Shown in pieces: positions 48,541 through 59,342 of a stretch of DNA of 64,000 nt (positions within the stretch are counted from its first letter, which is position 1; each line of letters begins with the position of its first letter). This DNA is from Flavobacterium sp. (GTDB lineage: Bacteria; Bacteroidota; Bacteroidia; Flavobacteriales; Flavobacteriaceae). The DNA lies in contig NZ_JAYURN010000112.1 in assembly GCF_043756175.1 (NCBI RefSeq), forward strand, positions 8,957 to 72,956, written 5' to 3'. The notes under the pieces are model-generated. The model searched no databases. It was not told where the DNA came from and was given only the letters and a program-made list of their open reading frames with translations. Position numbers and translations under genes: made by a program.

Positions 48541-51414
48541 ATGTCTGAAGGTACAATAAGAATAAACAAAGTTTTAAGGGAATTTAATATCTCGTTAGAA
48601 AGAGCCGTAGATTATCTAAAGGATAAAGGACACGTAATTGAGTCAAATCCTAATACGAAAATCTCTGACGAAGTGTATAATGTCCTGTCTAATCAATTTG
48701 CTGGAGACAAAGGAAATAAAGATGCTTCAAAAGAAGTTGGCGAAGAAAAGCGAAAAGAAAAAGAAGCTTTGCGTGTTGAAAGAGAACACGAAATAGAAGA
48801 AAAGCGCAAGCAAGACGAAGATCGTCAACGTCAAGAAGTTATCAAAGCAAAAGCTTTTGTAACTGGGCCAAAACAAGTTGGAACAATCGATTTATCGCCT
48901 AAAACGAATATCAAACCAACTATTGTTCCAGAAGTAAAAGCAGAGGTGAAAACTGAACCAAAAGTAGAAGTGAAAGCCGAACCAAAAACCGAAGAATCAG
49001 TTGCAAAAACTCCTGAAAAAACAGAGCAACCAAAACAAAACATAGCAAAAGAAACACCTGTAAAACAGACTCCTATTGCTAAAGCGCCTGTTAAAGAAAC
49101 AGTAAAACAAGTTGTCGAAAAAACACCAGAAGTAACTTCAAAACCTTCAGTTGAAGAAACTCCAGTTGATGAGACACACGAAACTAAATATACAAAACTT
49201 TCTGGACCAACTTTTTCAGGTCAAACTATCGATTTATCGCAGTTTAACAAACCGAAAAAAGTAATCGAACCAAACAAAGGCGCTGTAAAACCAGCAGGTG
49301 CAGGAAATAACAATAATGCAAACAAAAATAAACGCAAAAGAATTCCGACTAAACCAGGCGAAGCAAATGCAACGCCTAGAACACCAGGAACAAACTTAAT
49401 TAGACCAAACACAGGCGGAGGAAACGCAACTGGCGGTGGTTTTAATCGTGCAAATAAACCAGGCTTCGTAAAAGGAGCAAGACCAGCTATTGTAGCTAAA
49501 GTTGAACCAACTGAAGAGGAAGTAAAAAACCAAATCAAAGAAACTTTAGAACGTTTACAAGGAAAAGGAAGCAAATCTAAAGCAGCAAAATACCGTCGTG
49601 ACAAAAGAGACACACACCGTCAGAAATCTGATGATGAGCAAAGGGATATCGAAGCCGGAAGCAAAACTATCAAAGTAACAGAATTTGTTACCGTTGGTGA
49701 AGTTGCTACCATGATGGATGTGCCAATTACCAAAGTAATTGGAACTTGTATGTCACTTGGAATCATGGTTACCATGAACCAACGTTTAGATGCTGAAACA
49801 CTAACAATTGTTTGTGATGAGTTTGGATTTGAAGTAGAATTTATAACTACCGATCTAGAAGAGAACATAGTAGTTGTTGAAGATACTGAAGAAGAATTAG
49901 TTCATCGCGCACCTATTGTAACCGTTATGGGTCACGTCGATCACGGAAAAACATCTTTACTAGATTATGTTCGTAAAACAAACGTAATTGCTGGAGAATC
50001 AGGAGGAATTACACAACATATTGGTGCTTACGGAGTAGAGTTAGAAAATGGTCAAAAAATCGCATTCTTAGATACACCAGGTCACGAAGCATTTACTGCG
50101 ATGCGTGCCCGTGGTGCTCAAGTTACCGATATTGCAATTATTGTAGTTGCTGCCGATGATGACATCATGCCTCAAACAAAAGAAGCAATATCTCATGCAC
50201 AAGCGGCAAATGTACCAATTGTTTTCGCTATCAATAAAGTTGACAAACCAAACGCTAATCCTGAAAAAATAAAGGAAAAATTAGCCGCAATGAATTTCCT
50301 AGTTGAAGACTGGGGAGGAAAATACCAATCGCAAGATATATCTGCTAAAACAGGTATTGGTATGAAAGAATTATTGGAAAAAGTATTGCTTGAAGCAGAA
50401 GTATTAGACTTAAAAGCAAATCCAAATAAACCAGCAACAGGTACTGTTGTTGAAGCATTCCTAGACAAAGGTCGTGGATATGTATCAACAGTACTAGTTC
50501 AAGCAGGGACAATGAGAGTTGGAGATTATATTCTTGCAGGTAAAAACCACGGAAAAATTAAAGCAATGCAAGATGAACGTGGAAATAATGTTACCGAAGC
50601 AGGTCCGTCAACACCAATATCTATATTAGGTTTGGCTGGCGCGCCAACAGCAGGTGATAAATTCAATATTTTTGCCGATGAAAGAGAAGCAAAAGCAATT
50701 GCAGCAAAACGTACGCAATTAATGCGTGAGCAATCTGTACGTGTACAACGTCATATTACACTTGATGAAATTGGACGTCGTATCGCACTTGGACAATTTA
50801 AAGAATTAAACATTATCCTTAAAGGAGACGTTGATGGTTCGGTAGAAGCATTATCAGATTCATTCTCAAAATTATCTACACCAGAAATACAAATTAACAT
50901 TATTCATAAAGGAGTTGGAGCAATTACAGAAACTGACGTTATGTTGGCTTCTGCATCAGATGCTATTATTATTGGATTTAATGTTCGTCCAGCAGGAAAT
51001 GCTAAGCAATTAGCCGATAAAGAAGAAATCGACATTCGTCATTATTCTATTATCTACGCTGCAATCGACGATTTACGTGATGCAATGGAAGGCATGCTTT
51101 CTCCAGAAATGAAAGAAGAAATTACAGGTCTTGCAGGAGTTAGAGAGCTTTTCAAAATATCTAAAGTAGGAACTATTGCAGGATGTATGATTACTGATGG
51201 TAAAATACTAAGAGCAAATAAAGTACGTGTAATTCGTGACAACGTAGTGATTCACACAGGTGATATTATTGCACTGAAACGTTTCAAAGACGATGTGAAA
51301 GAAGTAGCAAAAGGTTACGATTGTGGCATCCAAATAAAAGGATTCAACGAAATCGAAATCGACGATATTATCGAAGGATTTACAGAAGTAGCTGTTAAGC
51401 GTAAACTGAAATAA
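48541..51414 (+). CDS. infB: Translation initiation factor IF-2
   Basis: MGHVDHGKTSLLD, DTPGHEAF, NKVD, LKGDVDGS. Confidence 0.98.
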   Translation: MSEGTIRINKVLREFNISLERAVDYLKDKGHVIESNPNTKISDEVYNVLSNQFAGDKGNKDASKEVGEEKRKEKEALRVEREHEIEEKRKQDEDRQRQEVIKAKAFVTGPKQVGTIDLSPKTNIKPTIVPEVKAEVKTEPKVEVKAEPKTEESVAKTPEKTEQPKQNIAKETPVKQTPIAKAPVKETVKQVVEKTPEVTSKPSVEETPVDETHETKYTKLSGPTFSGQTIDLSQFNKPKKVIEPNKGAVKPAGAGNNNNANKNKRKRIPTKPGEANATPRTPGTNLIRPNTGGGNATGGGFNRANKPGFVKGARPAIVAKVEPTEEEVKNQIKETLERLQGKGSKSKAAKYRRDKRDTHRQKSDDEQRDIEAGSKTIKVTEFVTVGEVATMMDVPITKVIGTCMSLGIMVTMNQRLDAETLTIVCDEFGFEVEFITTDLEENIVVVEDTEEELVHRAPIVTVMGHVDHGKTSLLDYVRKTNVIAGESGGITQHIGAYGVELENGQKIAFLDTPGHEAFTAMRARGAQVTDIAIIVVAADDDIMPQTKEAISHAQAANVPIVFAINKVDKPNANPEKIKEKLAAMNFLVEDWGGKYQSQDISAKTGIGMKELLEKVLLEAEVLDLKANPNKPATGTVVEAFLDKGRGYVSTVLVQAGTMRVGDYILAGKNHGKIKAMQDERGNNVTEAGPSTPISILGLAGAPTAGDKFNIFADEREAKAIAAKRTQLMREQSVRVQRHITLDEIGRRIALGQFKELNIILKGDVDGSVEALSDSFSKLSTPEIQINIIHKGVGAITETDVMLASASDAIIIGFNVRPAGNAKQLADKEEIDIRHYSIIYAAIDDLRDAMEGMLSPEMKEEITGLAGVRELFKISKVGTIAGCMITDGKILRANKVRVIRDNVVIHTGDIIALKRFKDDVKEVAKGYDCGIQIKGFNEIEIDDIIEGFTEVAVKRKLK

Positions 51415-51434
51415 GATTTCATTATTTAATATAT

Positions 51435-51462
51435 AAAACCTCGATTAGTCGAGGTTTTTTTT
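51435..51462 (+). terminator. Intrinsic terminator after infB
   Basis: AAAACCTCGA-TTAG-TCGAGGTTTT followed by T run. Confidence 0.8.
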
Positions 51463-51667
51463 GCAATTATCGGTTTCTAGAAATCTAATGTTTAATAAAA
51501 ATATCTATAGATAATTAATTATTAAAACTTTGAATAAACTTAAAAACCTGTCACATAAAAACTTTCTTTTTAAGCTAAAATGCTAACGATTTTATTTACA
51601 AGAATAATATAATATGCTCGATATGATCCCATATTAGGACAAATTGCTTTAGTTTAAAACCTAGAGG

Positions 51668-51820
51668 ATGGACATTTTGCAACGGAAGATACAAGGAAGA
51701 AAAATTTTATATTTTGAAAATACGAATTTAATTGACGTTTCGAACTTACAATCTGGGTTGTACATTACACGTATTCAGACAGAAGATGGCTTACAAGTTT
51801 CAAATTTTATAAAAAAATAA
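51668..51820 (+). pseudogene. Orphan remnant of a T9SS type A CTD (not in ORF track)
   Basis: ...IQGRKILYFENTNLIDVSNLQSGLYITRIQTEDGLQVSNFIKK*; no signal peptide or YPNP upstream. Confidence 0.65.
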
Positions 51821-51840
51821 TTACTTTACTTTTTATTAAT

Positions 51841-51890
51841 AGTCATAAAAAAAACCGACAGAATTCATTTTTGTCGGTTTTTTTATGACT
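51841..51890. terminator. Bidirectional intrinsic terminator
   Basis: AGTCATAAAAAAAACCGACA...TGTCGGTTTTTTTATGACT. Confidence 0.75.
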
Positions 51891-51892
51891 TA

Positions 51893-53164
51893 TTAGCAAT
51901 TAATCATTTCAAAATAAGATTTTTCAATCCATTCCTGATGATTCGGATGTGCAATTTTCACCATTTCGACAACTCTTTGTTTGAGTGTTTTTCCATATAA
52001 ATCTGCAATTCCATTTTCGGTAATTACATAATGAACATGAGATCTAGTGGTTACCACACCAGCTCCTTGTTTTAAATAAGGAACAATTCTACTGTCACCA
52101 TTTTTAGTAATTGAAGGCAACGCAATAATTGCTTTTCCTCCATCACTTAAAGATGCTCCTCGAATAAAATCCATTTGTCCTCCCACACCAGAATACATTC
52201 TTGCACCTATCGAATCAGCACAAACTTGTCCCGTTACATCAACCTCAATAGCCGAATTTATAGCCACCATTTTTGGATTTTTTCTAATTTTTGAAGTATC
52301 ATTTACGTAAGACGACTCCCTCATCTCAATAAAAGGATTGTCATTTACAAAATCATATAATCGCTGAGATCCTATAAGGAATGTAGCTAAAGCCCTTCCT
52401 CTACATATTCCTTTATAATTACAATTAATCACATCTTTCTCAATCAAATCTATGACTCCATCAGAAAACATTTCGGTATGCAGTCCAAGGTTTTTATGAT
52501 TAGTTAATTTTGTTAAAGCAGCATTCGGAATAGATCCAATTCCCATTTGCAAAGTACTTTTATCTTCAATGAGTGAGGCAATATAAGTTCCTATTATATC
52601 TTCTATAGGAGAAATAGCATCCATTCCGTGTCCGTATATCGGAGTGTCAACTTCTACTAAATAATCAATTTCGGATATATGAAGAATACCATCACCAAAA
52701 GTTCTTGGCATTTTTGGATTAATTTGAGCAACAACAGTTTTTGCATTTTCAATTGCTGCCAATGTTGCTTCTACAGAAACCCCTAAAGAACAATATCCAT
52801 GTATATCTGGTGGCGAAACATGAATAAAAACAGCATCCAATGGAACTACTTTTTTTCTAAATAAATAAGGCAACTCACTCAAAAAAACTGGTGTATAAGA
52901 TCCATTACCCGCAGCTAAGGTGTGTCTTACATTTTTACCAATAAAAAAAGAATTCACATGAAAACTTTCTGACAATTCAGGATTTGCATAAGCAGCTTCT
53001 CCTTCGGTATGCAAATGACAAATTTCAACATTTCGCAATTCGGAAGCACGTTCAGTCAAAGCATTAGTTAAAATAGTTGGTGTCGCTGCGGCAGCATGAA
53101 CATATATTCTATCATCAGATTTTATAATTTTCACAGCCTCTTCAGCTGAAACATATTTACTCAT
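51893..53164 (-). CDS. Acetyl-CoA hydrolase/4-hydroxybutyrate CoA-transferase family protein
   Basis: LQMGIGSIP, HTEMFSD, INSAIEVD, SGVGGQMDF, VVTTRSHV. Confidence 0.93.
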   Translation of the reverse strand: MSKYVSAEEAVKIIKSDDRIYVHAAAATPTILTNALTERASELRNVEICHLHTEGEAAYANPELSESFHVNSFFIGKNVRHTLAAGNGSYTPVFLSELPYLFRKKVVPLDAVFIHVSPPDIHGYCSLGVSVEATLAAIENAKTVVAQINPKMPRTFGDGILHISEIDYLVEVDTPIYGHGMDAISPIEDIIGTYIASLIEDKSTLQMGIGSIPNAALTKLTNHKNLGLHTEMFSDGVIDLIEKDVINCNYKGICRGRALATFLIGSQRLYDFVNDNPFIEMRESSYVNDTSKIRKNPKMVAINSAIEVDVTGQVCADSIGARMYSGVGGQMDFIRGASLSDGGKAIIALPSITKNGDSRIVPYLKQGAGVVTTRSHVHYVITENGIADLYGKTLKQRVVEMVKIAHPNHQEWIEKSYFEMINC

Positions 53165-53273
53165 AGCAATTATAATTTTTTATATAAAATTAGTGATCTA
53201 AAGTAACTCTAAATATGATAAAACTCATCTCATTTAATAAAAATCATATAAATAAAAGTTAAAATTTCGTTTT

Positions 53274-53296
53274 TAATAGTAATACTATTATATTTG
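53274..53296 (+). promoter_or_regulatory. Probable TetR operator overlapping the -7 promoter box
   Basis: Perfect TAATAGTA-A-TACTATTA (53274-53290) overlapping TATATTTG (53289-53296). Confidence 0.65.
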
Positions 53297-53313
53297 CATA
53301 AATAAATATTATT

Positions 53314-53988
53314 ATGAACAACATACTATCAAATATAAAAATTCAAGTCAACGAAAAACTGTATCACAAAGATCCCGAAACATCTGTTTTAGGAAAAAAA
53401 ATAATTGAGCATAGTATTATTCTTATTGATGAAATTGGTTTCGATGTTTTCACATTTAAAAAATTGGGTGAAAAAATAGGCTCAAACGAAAGTTCGATTT
53501 ATCGCTATTTTGAAAACAAACACATGCTTTTATTGTATTTGTCATCATGGTATTGGAGTTGGATAGAATACAGAATGGTCTTATCTACAAACAACATAGA
53601 AAATGTATTCGAAAAATTAAAAATAGCAGTATCTATTGTTACTGAGAAGATCATTGACGATAGTGCTACAAAACATATAAACGAAGCAATATTAAATAAA
53701 ATAATAATTTCAGAATTCACTAAAACATTACTAACCAAGGAAATTGACGAAGAAAACAAAGAAGGTTTTTTCTTAGTATATAAAAGAGTTATCAATAGAA
53801 TTGTAAGTATAATCGAGCAAGTGAATCCTGAATATCCATTTGCAAAATCATTAGCATCTACTATAGTTGAAGGGTCATTACATCAACATTTTTTGAAAGA
53901 GCATTTGAAAACCATTACAAATTGTAATCAAGAAATTACACCTACTGATTTTTATATAAATCTTATAACAACACTATTTAAAAAATAA
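53314..53988 (+). CDS. TetR/AcrR family regulator
   Basis: FTFKKLGEKIGSNESSIYRYFENK HTH. Confidence 0.9.
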   Translation: MNNILSNIKIQVNEKLYHKDPETSVLGKKIIEHSIILIDEIGFDVFTFKKLGEKIGSNESSIYRYFENKHMLLLYLSSWYWSWIEYRMVLSTNNIENVFEKLKIAVSIVTEKIIDDSATKHINEAILNKIIISEFTKTLLTKEIDEENKEGFFLVYKRVINRIVSIIEQVNPEYPFAKSLASTIVEGSLHQHFLKEHLKTITNCNQEITPTDFYINLITTLFKK

Positions 53989-53993
53989 AAAAC

Positions 53994-55655
53994 ATGTCTC
54001 CACTAAAAAGATTTTTCAACCTTTTATCTTTAGATAAGAAAGACGTTTATCAGGTATTTTTTTATGCCATTTTTGCAGGATTAATAAGTTTATCGCTACC
54101 ATTAGGAATACAAGCTATAATTAATTTTATACAATCAGGAAGAGTTAGTGTATCATGGATTATATTAATTGTTCTTGTTGTAATTGGAGTAGCTTTAGTT
54201 GGTATATTATCTTTAATGCAAATTCGCATAACTGAAAATTTGCAGCAAAAGCTCTTTGTTCGTTCTTCATTTGAGTTTGCGTACCGGTTGCCTAAAATTA
54301 AATTTGAAGAAATATACAATACATATCCGCCCGAATTAGCTAATCGTTTTTTTGACACTTTAACCATACAAAAAGGTACCTCTAAATTATTGATTGACTT
54401 TTCTGCGGCTTTATTGCAAATTATTTTCGGCATCCTACTATTATCTTTATACCATCCTTTTTTTATAGTTTTTGGACTTTTATTAATGATTCTTTTGTAT
54501 GCCATTTTCAAATTTTCGTACAACAAAGGATTAGAAACAAGCATGAAAGAATCCAAATTTAAATACAAAGTTGCGGGTTGGCTTCAGGAAATGGCTAGAA
54601 AGAATACGAGTTTCAAATCAGATATTGCATATAATTTTTCACTTCAAAAAAATGATGATTTGGTTAGTGATTATCTTACGTACAGAGAAAAGCACTTTAG
54701 TATTATTAAGAGACAATTTAGCCAGTTAATTATTTTTAAAGTTATCATCACAGCTAGTTTGTTATTAATTGGAGGATATTTAGTTTTAAGTCAACAAATG
54801 AACATAGGCCAATTTGTGGCAGCAGAAATTATAATTTTATTAGTGATTAATTCCGTAGAAAAAATAATTCTAGGTCTAGAAACATTTTACGATGTACTAA
54901 CTGCTGTTGAAAAAATTGGACAAATAACAGATATGAATATAGAGGACAGTAATGGTTTACATGATAATTCGCCAAATTATTCAAACATTTCAATAGAAAC
55001 AGACAATCTTAATTTTAGATTCCCAGATTCTACAAATGATAGTTTAAGTGGTATCAACTTAAAAATTGAACCTGAAGAAAAAATAGTATTACTAGGCGAA
55101 AATGGTTCTGGTAAGACTACATTGATGCGAATTTTATCGGGAGTTATAGAAAAAACGTCGGGTTCTTTTAGTATTAATGACAATACGTTTAGAAAAATAG
55201 ACTTAAACCAATACCGAAGTCAAATAGGTGCTATTATTCATGGAGAAACGCCGTTTGAAGGAACTATTTTAGAAAATATAACCTACAACGATACTACAAT
55301 TAGTAATGAAGATTTAAAATGGGCTTTAGATTCTGTGCAGCTTACAACATACATCAAAACCTTACCAAAAGGATTAGATACTAAAATTTACCCCGAAGGA
55401 AAACAACTTTCATCATCAAATGCACAAAAAATAGTATTAGCAAGAAGTATAATCAAAAAACCCCAATTATTATTTTTTGAAGAAGCAACCGACTTAATGG
55501 ATGAACACGTTGCAAACCAAATAATAGACTTTATTCTATCGGATAAAAATGATTGGACTGTTCTGGCAACTTCAAAAAACAAGCATTGGCAAAATCTTGC
55601 CACAAGGACAATTACGATGAAAAATGGTCAAATACTTAACGATTCAAAAAAATAA
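53994..55655 (+). CDS. Type I secretion-like ABC transporter (TMD plus NBD), atypical NBD motifs
   Basis: TM domain, GQFVAAE, Walker A GENGSGKT; signature LSSSNAQK. Confidence 0.88.
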   Translation: MSPLKRFFNLLSLDKKDVYQVFFYAIFAGLISLSLPLGIQAIINFIQSGRVSVSWIILIVLVVIGVALVGILSLMQIRITENLQQKLFVRSSFEFAYRLPKIKFEEIYNTYPPELANRFFDTLTIQKGTSKLLIDFSAALLQIIFGILLLSLYHPFFIVFGLLLMILLYAIFKFSYNKGLETSMKESKFKYKVAGWLQEMARKNTSFKSDIAYNFSLQKNDDLVSDYLTYREKHFSIIKRQFSQLIIFKVIITASLLLIGGYLVLSQQMNIGQFVAAEIIILLVINSVEKIILGLETFYDVLTAVEKIGQITDMNIEDSNGLHDNSPNYSNISIETDNLNFRFPDSTNDSLSGINLKIEPEEKIVLLGENGSGKTTLMRILSGVIEKTSGSFSINDNTFRKIDLNQYRSQIGAIIHGETPFEGTILENITYNDTTISNEDLKWALDSVQLTTYIKTLPKGLDTKIYPEGKQLSSSNAQKIVLARSIIKKPQLLFFEEATDLMDEHVANQIIDFILSDKNDWTVLATSKNKHWQNLATRTITMKNGQILNDSKK

Positions 55656-55660
55656 TAGCC

Positions 55661-57019
55661 ATGTTAAATCTTTCCAATAATAGTAAATCAAAAATCGAAC
55701 AAAAGTCGATAGAAAGATTTCGAACGATACAAAACCTGAGCAATCGTACTCATTATAAAATATTAAACAAAATCATTCTTTTGGTATCGATTTTAGGGAT
55801 AATCATTTTGTTTCTTCCCTGGACACAAAACATTTCTGGAAGCGGTTTTGTAACTACGCTAAAGCCAAACCAGAGACCACAAACCATACAAACAGCAATT
55901 GCTGGTAGAATAGAAAAATGGTATATAAAAGAAGGTGATTTTGTTGAAAAAGGAGACACCATCTTGTTCATTTCTGAAATAAAAGAAGATTATTTTGACC
56001 CTAATCTTGTAGGAAATACTAAAAATCAAGTCGAAGCCAAAAAAATGGCATTAGACTCTTATGACGGGAAAGTATCTTCGTTAGCTTCTCAAATAAACGC
56101 TATAGAAAGCGAAAAAACGCTAAAACTGGAGCAAGCAAAAAATAAAATTAAACAATCCCTACTTAAAATAAAAAGCGATAGTATGGATCTTGAAGCGGTA
56201 AAAACACAATTAAAAATTGCCAATACCCAATTTATTCGGTCTTCACAACTCAATAAAGAAGGACTAAAACCTATGACAGATGTCGAAGAAAAAAGATTAA
56301 AACAACAAGAAGTAGAAGCGAAAATCATTACACAAGAGAATAAATTCCTAACAAGTAAAAATGAATACATTAATACTAAAGTAGAAATTAATCGAATTTT
56401 AGCCGAATATTCCGAAAAATCAGCCAAAGCAAGAAGCGATAAATTTACGGCTCTAAGCAATCAATATGACACGGAAGCTCAGGTAAATAAACTACAAAAC
56501 CAATATGTAAATTACAGTATTAGAAACGGAATGTACTACATTAAAGCACCGCAAAGTGGCTTCATAAATAGATCTTTACAATCAGGTATTGGAGAAACTA
56601 TTAAAGAAGGAACATCAATAGTTAGTATCATGCCTGCTAATTATGAAATCGCTGTAGAAACTTATGTTTCTCCAATTGATCTACCCTTAATCTCTAAAGG
56701 AGAAAAAATAAGAGTTTGGTTTGACGGATGGCCAACTATTGTTTTCTCTGGATGGCCAGATATGTCGTATGGTACATTTGGAGGTAAAGTCGTTGCCATT
56801 GAAAATTTTATCAGCGAAAATGGAAAATATCGTATCCTTATTGCTCCTGACGAGAATGAAGCAAAATGGCCCAAACAACTAAGCATAGGGTCAGGCGCAC
56901 AAACTATTGCCTTACTAAATACGGTCCCTGTTTGGTTTGAGGTTTGGAGAACATTAAATGGATTTCCTCCTAATTATTACAAGCAAAACAATAAAAAAGA
57001 TAACAAAGAAAAAAAATAA
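55661..57019 (+). CDS. HlyD family membrane fusion protein
   Basis: N-terminal TM, PWTQNISG, lipoyl-like halves, coiled coil, IKAPQSG. Confidence 0.9.
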   Translation: MLNLSNNSKSKIEQKSIERFRTIQNLSNRTHYKILNKIILLVSILGIIILFLPWTQNISGSGFVTTLKPNQRPQTIQTAIAGRIEKWYIKEGDFVEKGDTILFISEIKEDYFDPNLVGNTKNQVEAKKMALDSYDGKVSSLASQINAIESEKTLKLEQAKNKIKQSLLKIKSDSMDLEAVKTQLKIANTQFIRSSQLNKEGLKPMTDVEEKRLKQQEVEAKIITQENKFLTSKNEYINTKVEINRILAEYSEKSAKARSDKFTALSNQYDTEAQVNKLQNQYVNYSIRNGMYYIKAPQSGFINRSLQSGIGETIKEGTSIVSIMPANYEIAVETYVSPIDLPLISKGEKIRVWFDGWPTIVFSGWPDMSYGTFGGKVVAIENFISENGKYRILIAPDENEAKWPKQLSIGSGAQTIALLNTVPVWFEVWRTLNGFPPNYYKQNNKKDNKEKK

Positions 57020-57022
57020 AAA

Positions 57023-58414
57023 ATGAGAATTGGCTTCCTTTTATACTCACTATTTACCATAGGAATAACATTTGCGCAAGGCAAAGATTCTAATGAATTG
57101 TCGTATAATGAATTTCTAGGTTATGTGAAAAAATTTCATCCTTTAGTAAAAAAAGCGAATCTAGAATTAAATATGGCACAAGCTAATTTGATGATGGCTA
57201 GAGGTGCATTTGACCCCAAATTTGAAGTAGATTTTTCAGAAAAACAATTCAAAAGCAAAGACTACTATTCTAAATTAAATGGTAGTTTTAAAATTCCAAC
57301 TTGGTATGGCATCGAGATTAAAGCAGGTTTAGACAGTAATGATGGTTTGTATTTGAATCCTGAAAACTCAACCTCAAATCAAGCATTAACCGCTATTGGA
57401 ATTACAGTTCCATTAGGGCAAGGCCTTTTTATTAACCAACGAATGGCCGAATTGAAGAAAGCTAAAATTCAATACAATTTGAGCCAAGCAGAAATAAAGT
57501 TACAAGCAACTACTGTGCTATATGATGCTTCACTGGCATATTTTAATTGGAAAAAAAACTATACAGAAGTAGAATTATACGAAAAATATAACAAACAAGC
57601 TGATTCGAGATACACTGCTATTAAAAAATTAATAGAATTAGGCGACAAACCCGCCATTGATAGTATTGAAGCAGGTATTGTAGTAAAAAATAGAACTTTG
57701 AATCTTCTGGATTCGCAATTAAAACTTACAAAAGCAAAACTAGAATTATCTAATTTTATTTGGTTAGAAAACATGATTCCTGTTGAAATTTCCGAAAATT
57801 TGATCCCAGAAGAAACACTACTAGTCACGATAGAAGAAACTTTAAAAACCAATCAATTTTCAACTCCAGAAAAAACACTAGACAATCATCCCAAAATAAA
57901 TGCCCTTGAAAATAAAATTGAAATCTTAACAATCGATAAAAAACTAAAAGCAAACCTTCTTTTACCTAAAATAGATCTTAGTTACAGTTATTTATCTGAA
58001 CCTCGTTATTTTGATAATTATCAATTTGACAATTATAAAGTGGGAATAAATTTTTATTATCCTTTGTTACTTCGCAAGGAACGAGGTAGTTTAAAATTAG
58101 CAAAATTTAAACTACAAGATGCTCAATATTCGTTAGATTTAGAAAAGGTTCAGTTGAAAAACAAAATAAGCGGTTACCAAGCAGAAATTCAATCTATAAA
58201 AAGTCAAAAAAAAATCATCAATAGTTTAGTTAAAGATAATATTCTAATGCTCAATTCGGAGGAACGATTATTTTCATTTGGAGAAAGTTCTATTTTCTTA
58301 ATAAACACGCGCGAAAATAACTTAGTTAGTGCGCAATTATCGGAAATTACACTCGAAAACAGGTATTTTGTTTCCCACGCAGAGCTATTCAAAACCATGG
58401 CCAACCCTAATTAA
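57023..58414 (+). CDS. TolC family outer membrane protein
   Basis: Signal peptide, HPLVKKA, RGAFDPK, FGESSIFLINTRE. Confidence 0.9.
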   Translation: MRIGFLLYSLFTIGITFAQGKDSNELSYNEFLGYVKKFHPLVKKANLELNMAQANLMMARGAFDPKFEVDFSEKQFKSKDYYSKLNGSFKIPTWYGIEIKAGLDSNDGLYLNPENSTSNQALTAIGITVPLGQGLFINQRMAELKKAKIQYNLSQAEIKLQATTVLYDASLAYFNWKKNYTEVELYEKYNKQADSRYTAIKKLIELGDKPAIDSIEAGIVVKNRTLNLLDSQLKLTKAKLELSNFIWLENMIPVEISENLIPEETLLVTIEETLKTNQFSTPEKTLDNHPKINALENKIEILTIDKKLKANLLLPKIDLSYSYLSEPRYFDNYQFDNYKVGINFYYPLLLRKERGSLKLAKFKLQDAQYSLDLEKVQLKNKISGYQAEIQSIKSQKKIINSLVKDNILMLNSEERLFSFGESSIFLINTRENNLVSAQLSEITLENRYFVSHAELFKTMANPN

Positions 58415-58461
58415 AAAAGATATAAAAAAATCGTTACTTTTGCAATCTTAAAATTCATAAA

Positions 58462-59280
58462 ATGATTATCCAAAAGACCCGTGAGGAAATAGAATTAATG
58501 CGCGAAAGTGCACTAATCGTATCTAAAACATTAGGAATGATTGCTTCTGAAATAAAAGAAGGTGTCACTACCTTATATTTAGATAAATTAGCCGAAACAT
58601 TTATTAGAGATCATGGAGCAGTTCCAAGTTTCTTAGGATTGTACGGTTTTCCAAACTCCCTTTGCATGAGTCCAAACTCACAAGTTGTTCACGGAATACC
58701 AAATAACATTCCTTTGCAAAGTGGCGATGTTATTTCAGTAGATTGCGGTGCTTTCAAAAATGGATATCATGGTGATCATGCCTATTCTTTCGAGATTGGT
58801 GAAGTAGCACCCGAAACCAAAAAACTATTACAAGTTACTAAAGAATCATTATACGTAGGAATTCGAGAATTTAAAGTTGGAAACAGAGTGGAAGATGTTG
58901 GAAATGCTATTCAAAAATATACCGAATCTCATGGTTATGGTGTAGTTCGCGAATTAGTAGGCCATGGTTTGGGCCAAAAAATGCACGAAGATCCAGAAAT
59001 GCCAAATTACGGAAAACGAGGTCGTGGAAAATTATTCATCGAAGGAATGGTAGTCGCTATCGAACCAATGATAAACATGGGAACCAAAAACATCAGACAA
59101 CACAAAGATGGTTGGACAATTACTACTGCAGATGGAAAACCTTCAGCACACTTCGAGCATGATGTCGCACTTATTGATGGAAAACCAGAATTACTTTCCA
59201 CTTTTGCCTATGTTTACAAAGCCTTAGGGATTGTAAGTAATGAGGAAGATGAATTTAGAAAAGTGCCTTTGGTAATTTAA
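58462..59280 (+). CDS. map: Methionine aminopeptidase type I
   Basis: VVHGIP, SVDCG, YHGDHA, LVGHG, AIEPM, SAHFEH. Confidence 0.97.
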   Translation: MIIQKTREEIELMRESALIVSKTLGMIASEIKEGVTTLYLDKLAETFIRDHGAVPSFLGLYGFPNSLCMSPNSQVVHGIPNNIPLQSGDVISVDCGAFKNGYHGDHAYSFEIGEVAPETKKLLQVTKESLYVGIREFKVGNRVEDVGNAIQKYTESHGYGVVRELVGHGLGQKMHEDPEMPNYGKRGRGKLFIEGMVVAIEPMINMGTKNIRQHKDGWTITTADGKPSAHFEHDVALIDGKPELLSTFAYVYKALGIVSNEEDEFRKVPLVI

Positions 59281-59303
59281 AGAGAATTATTTCAAAATAA
59301 AAT

Positions 59304-59336
59304 CTCACAAAGATGCACGAAGAAGGTACAAAGATT
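59304..59336 (+). repeat. 5' 11-nt-unit array flanking the GxxExxY gene
   Basis: CTCACAAAGATGCACGAAGAAGGTACAAAGATT. Confidence 0.6.
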
Positions 59337-59342
59337 TTAAAT

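Noticed and set aside
48890-49480. Low-complexity K/E/P/T and G/N repeats in infB
   Set aside because: Typical variable IF-2 N-terminal linker
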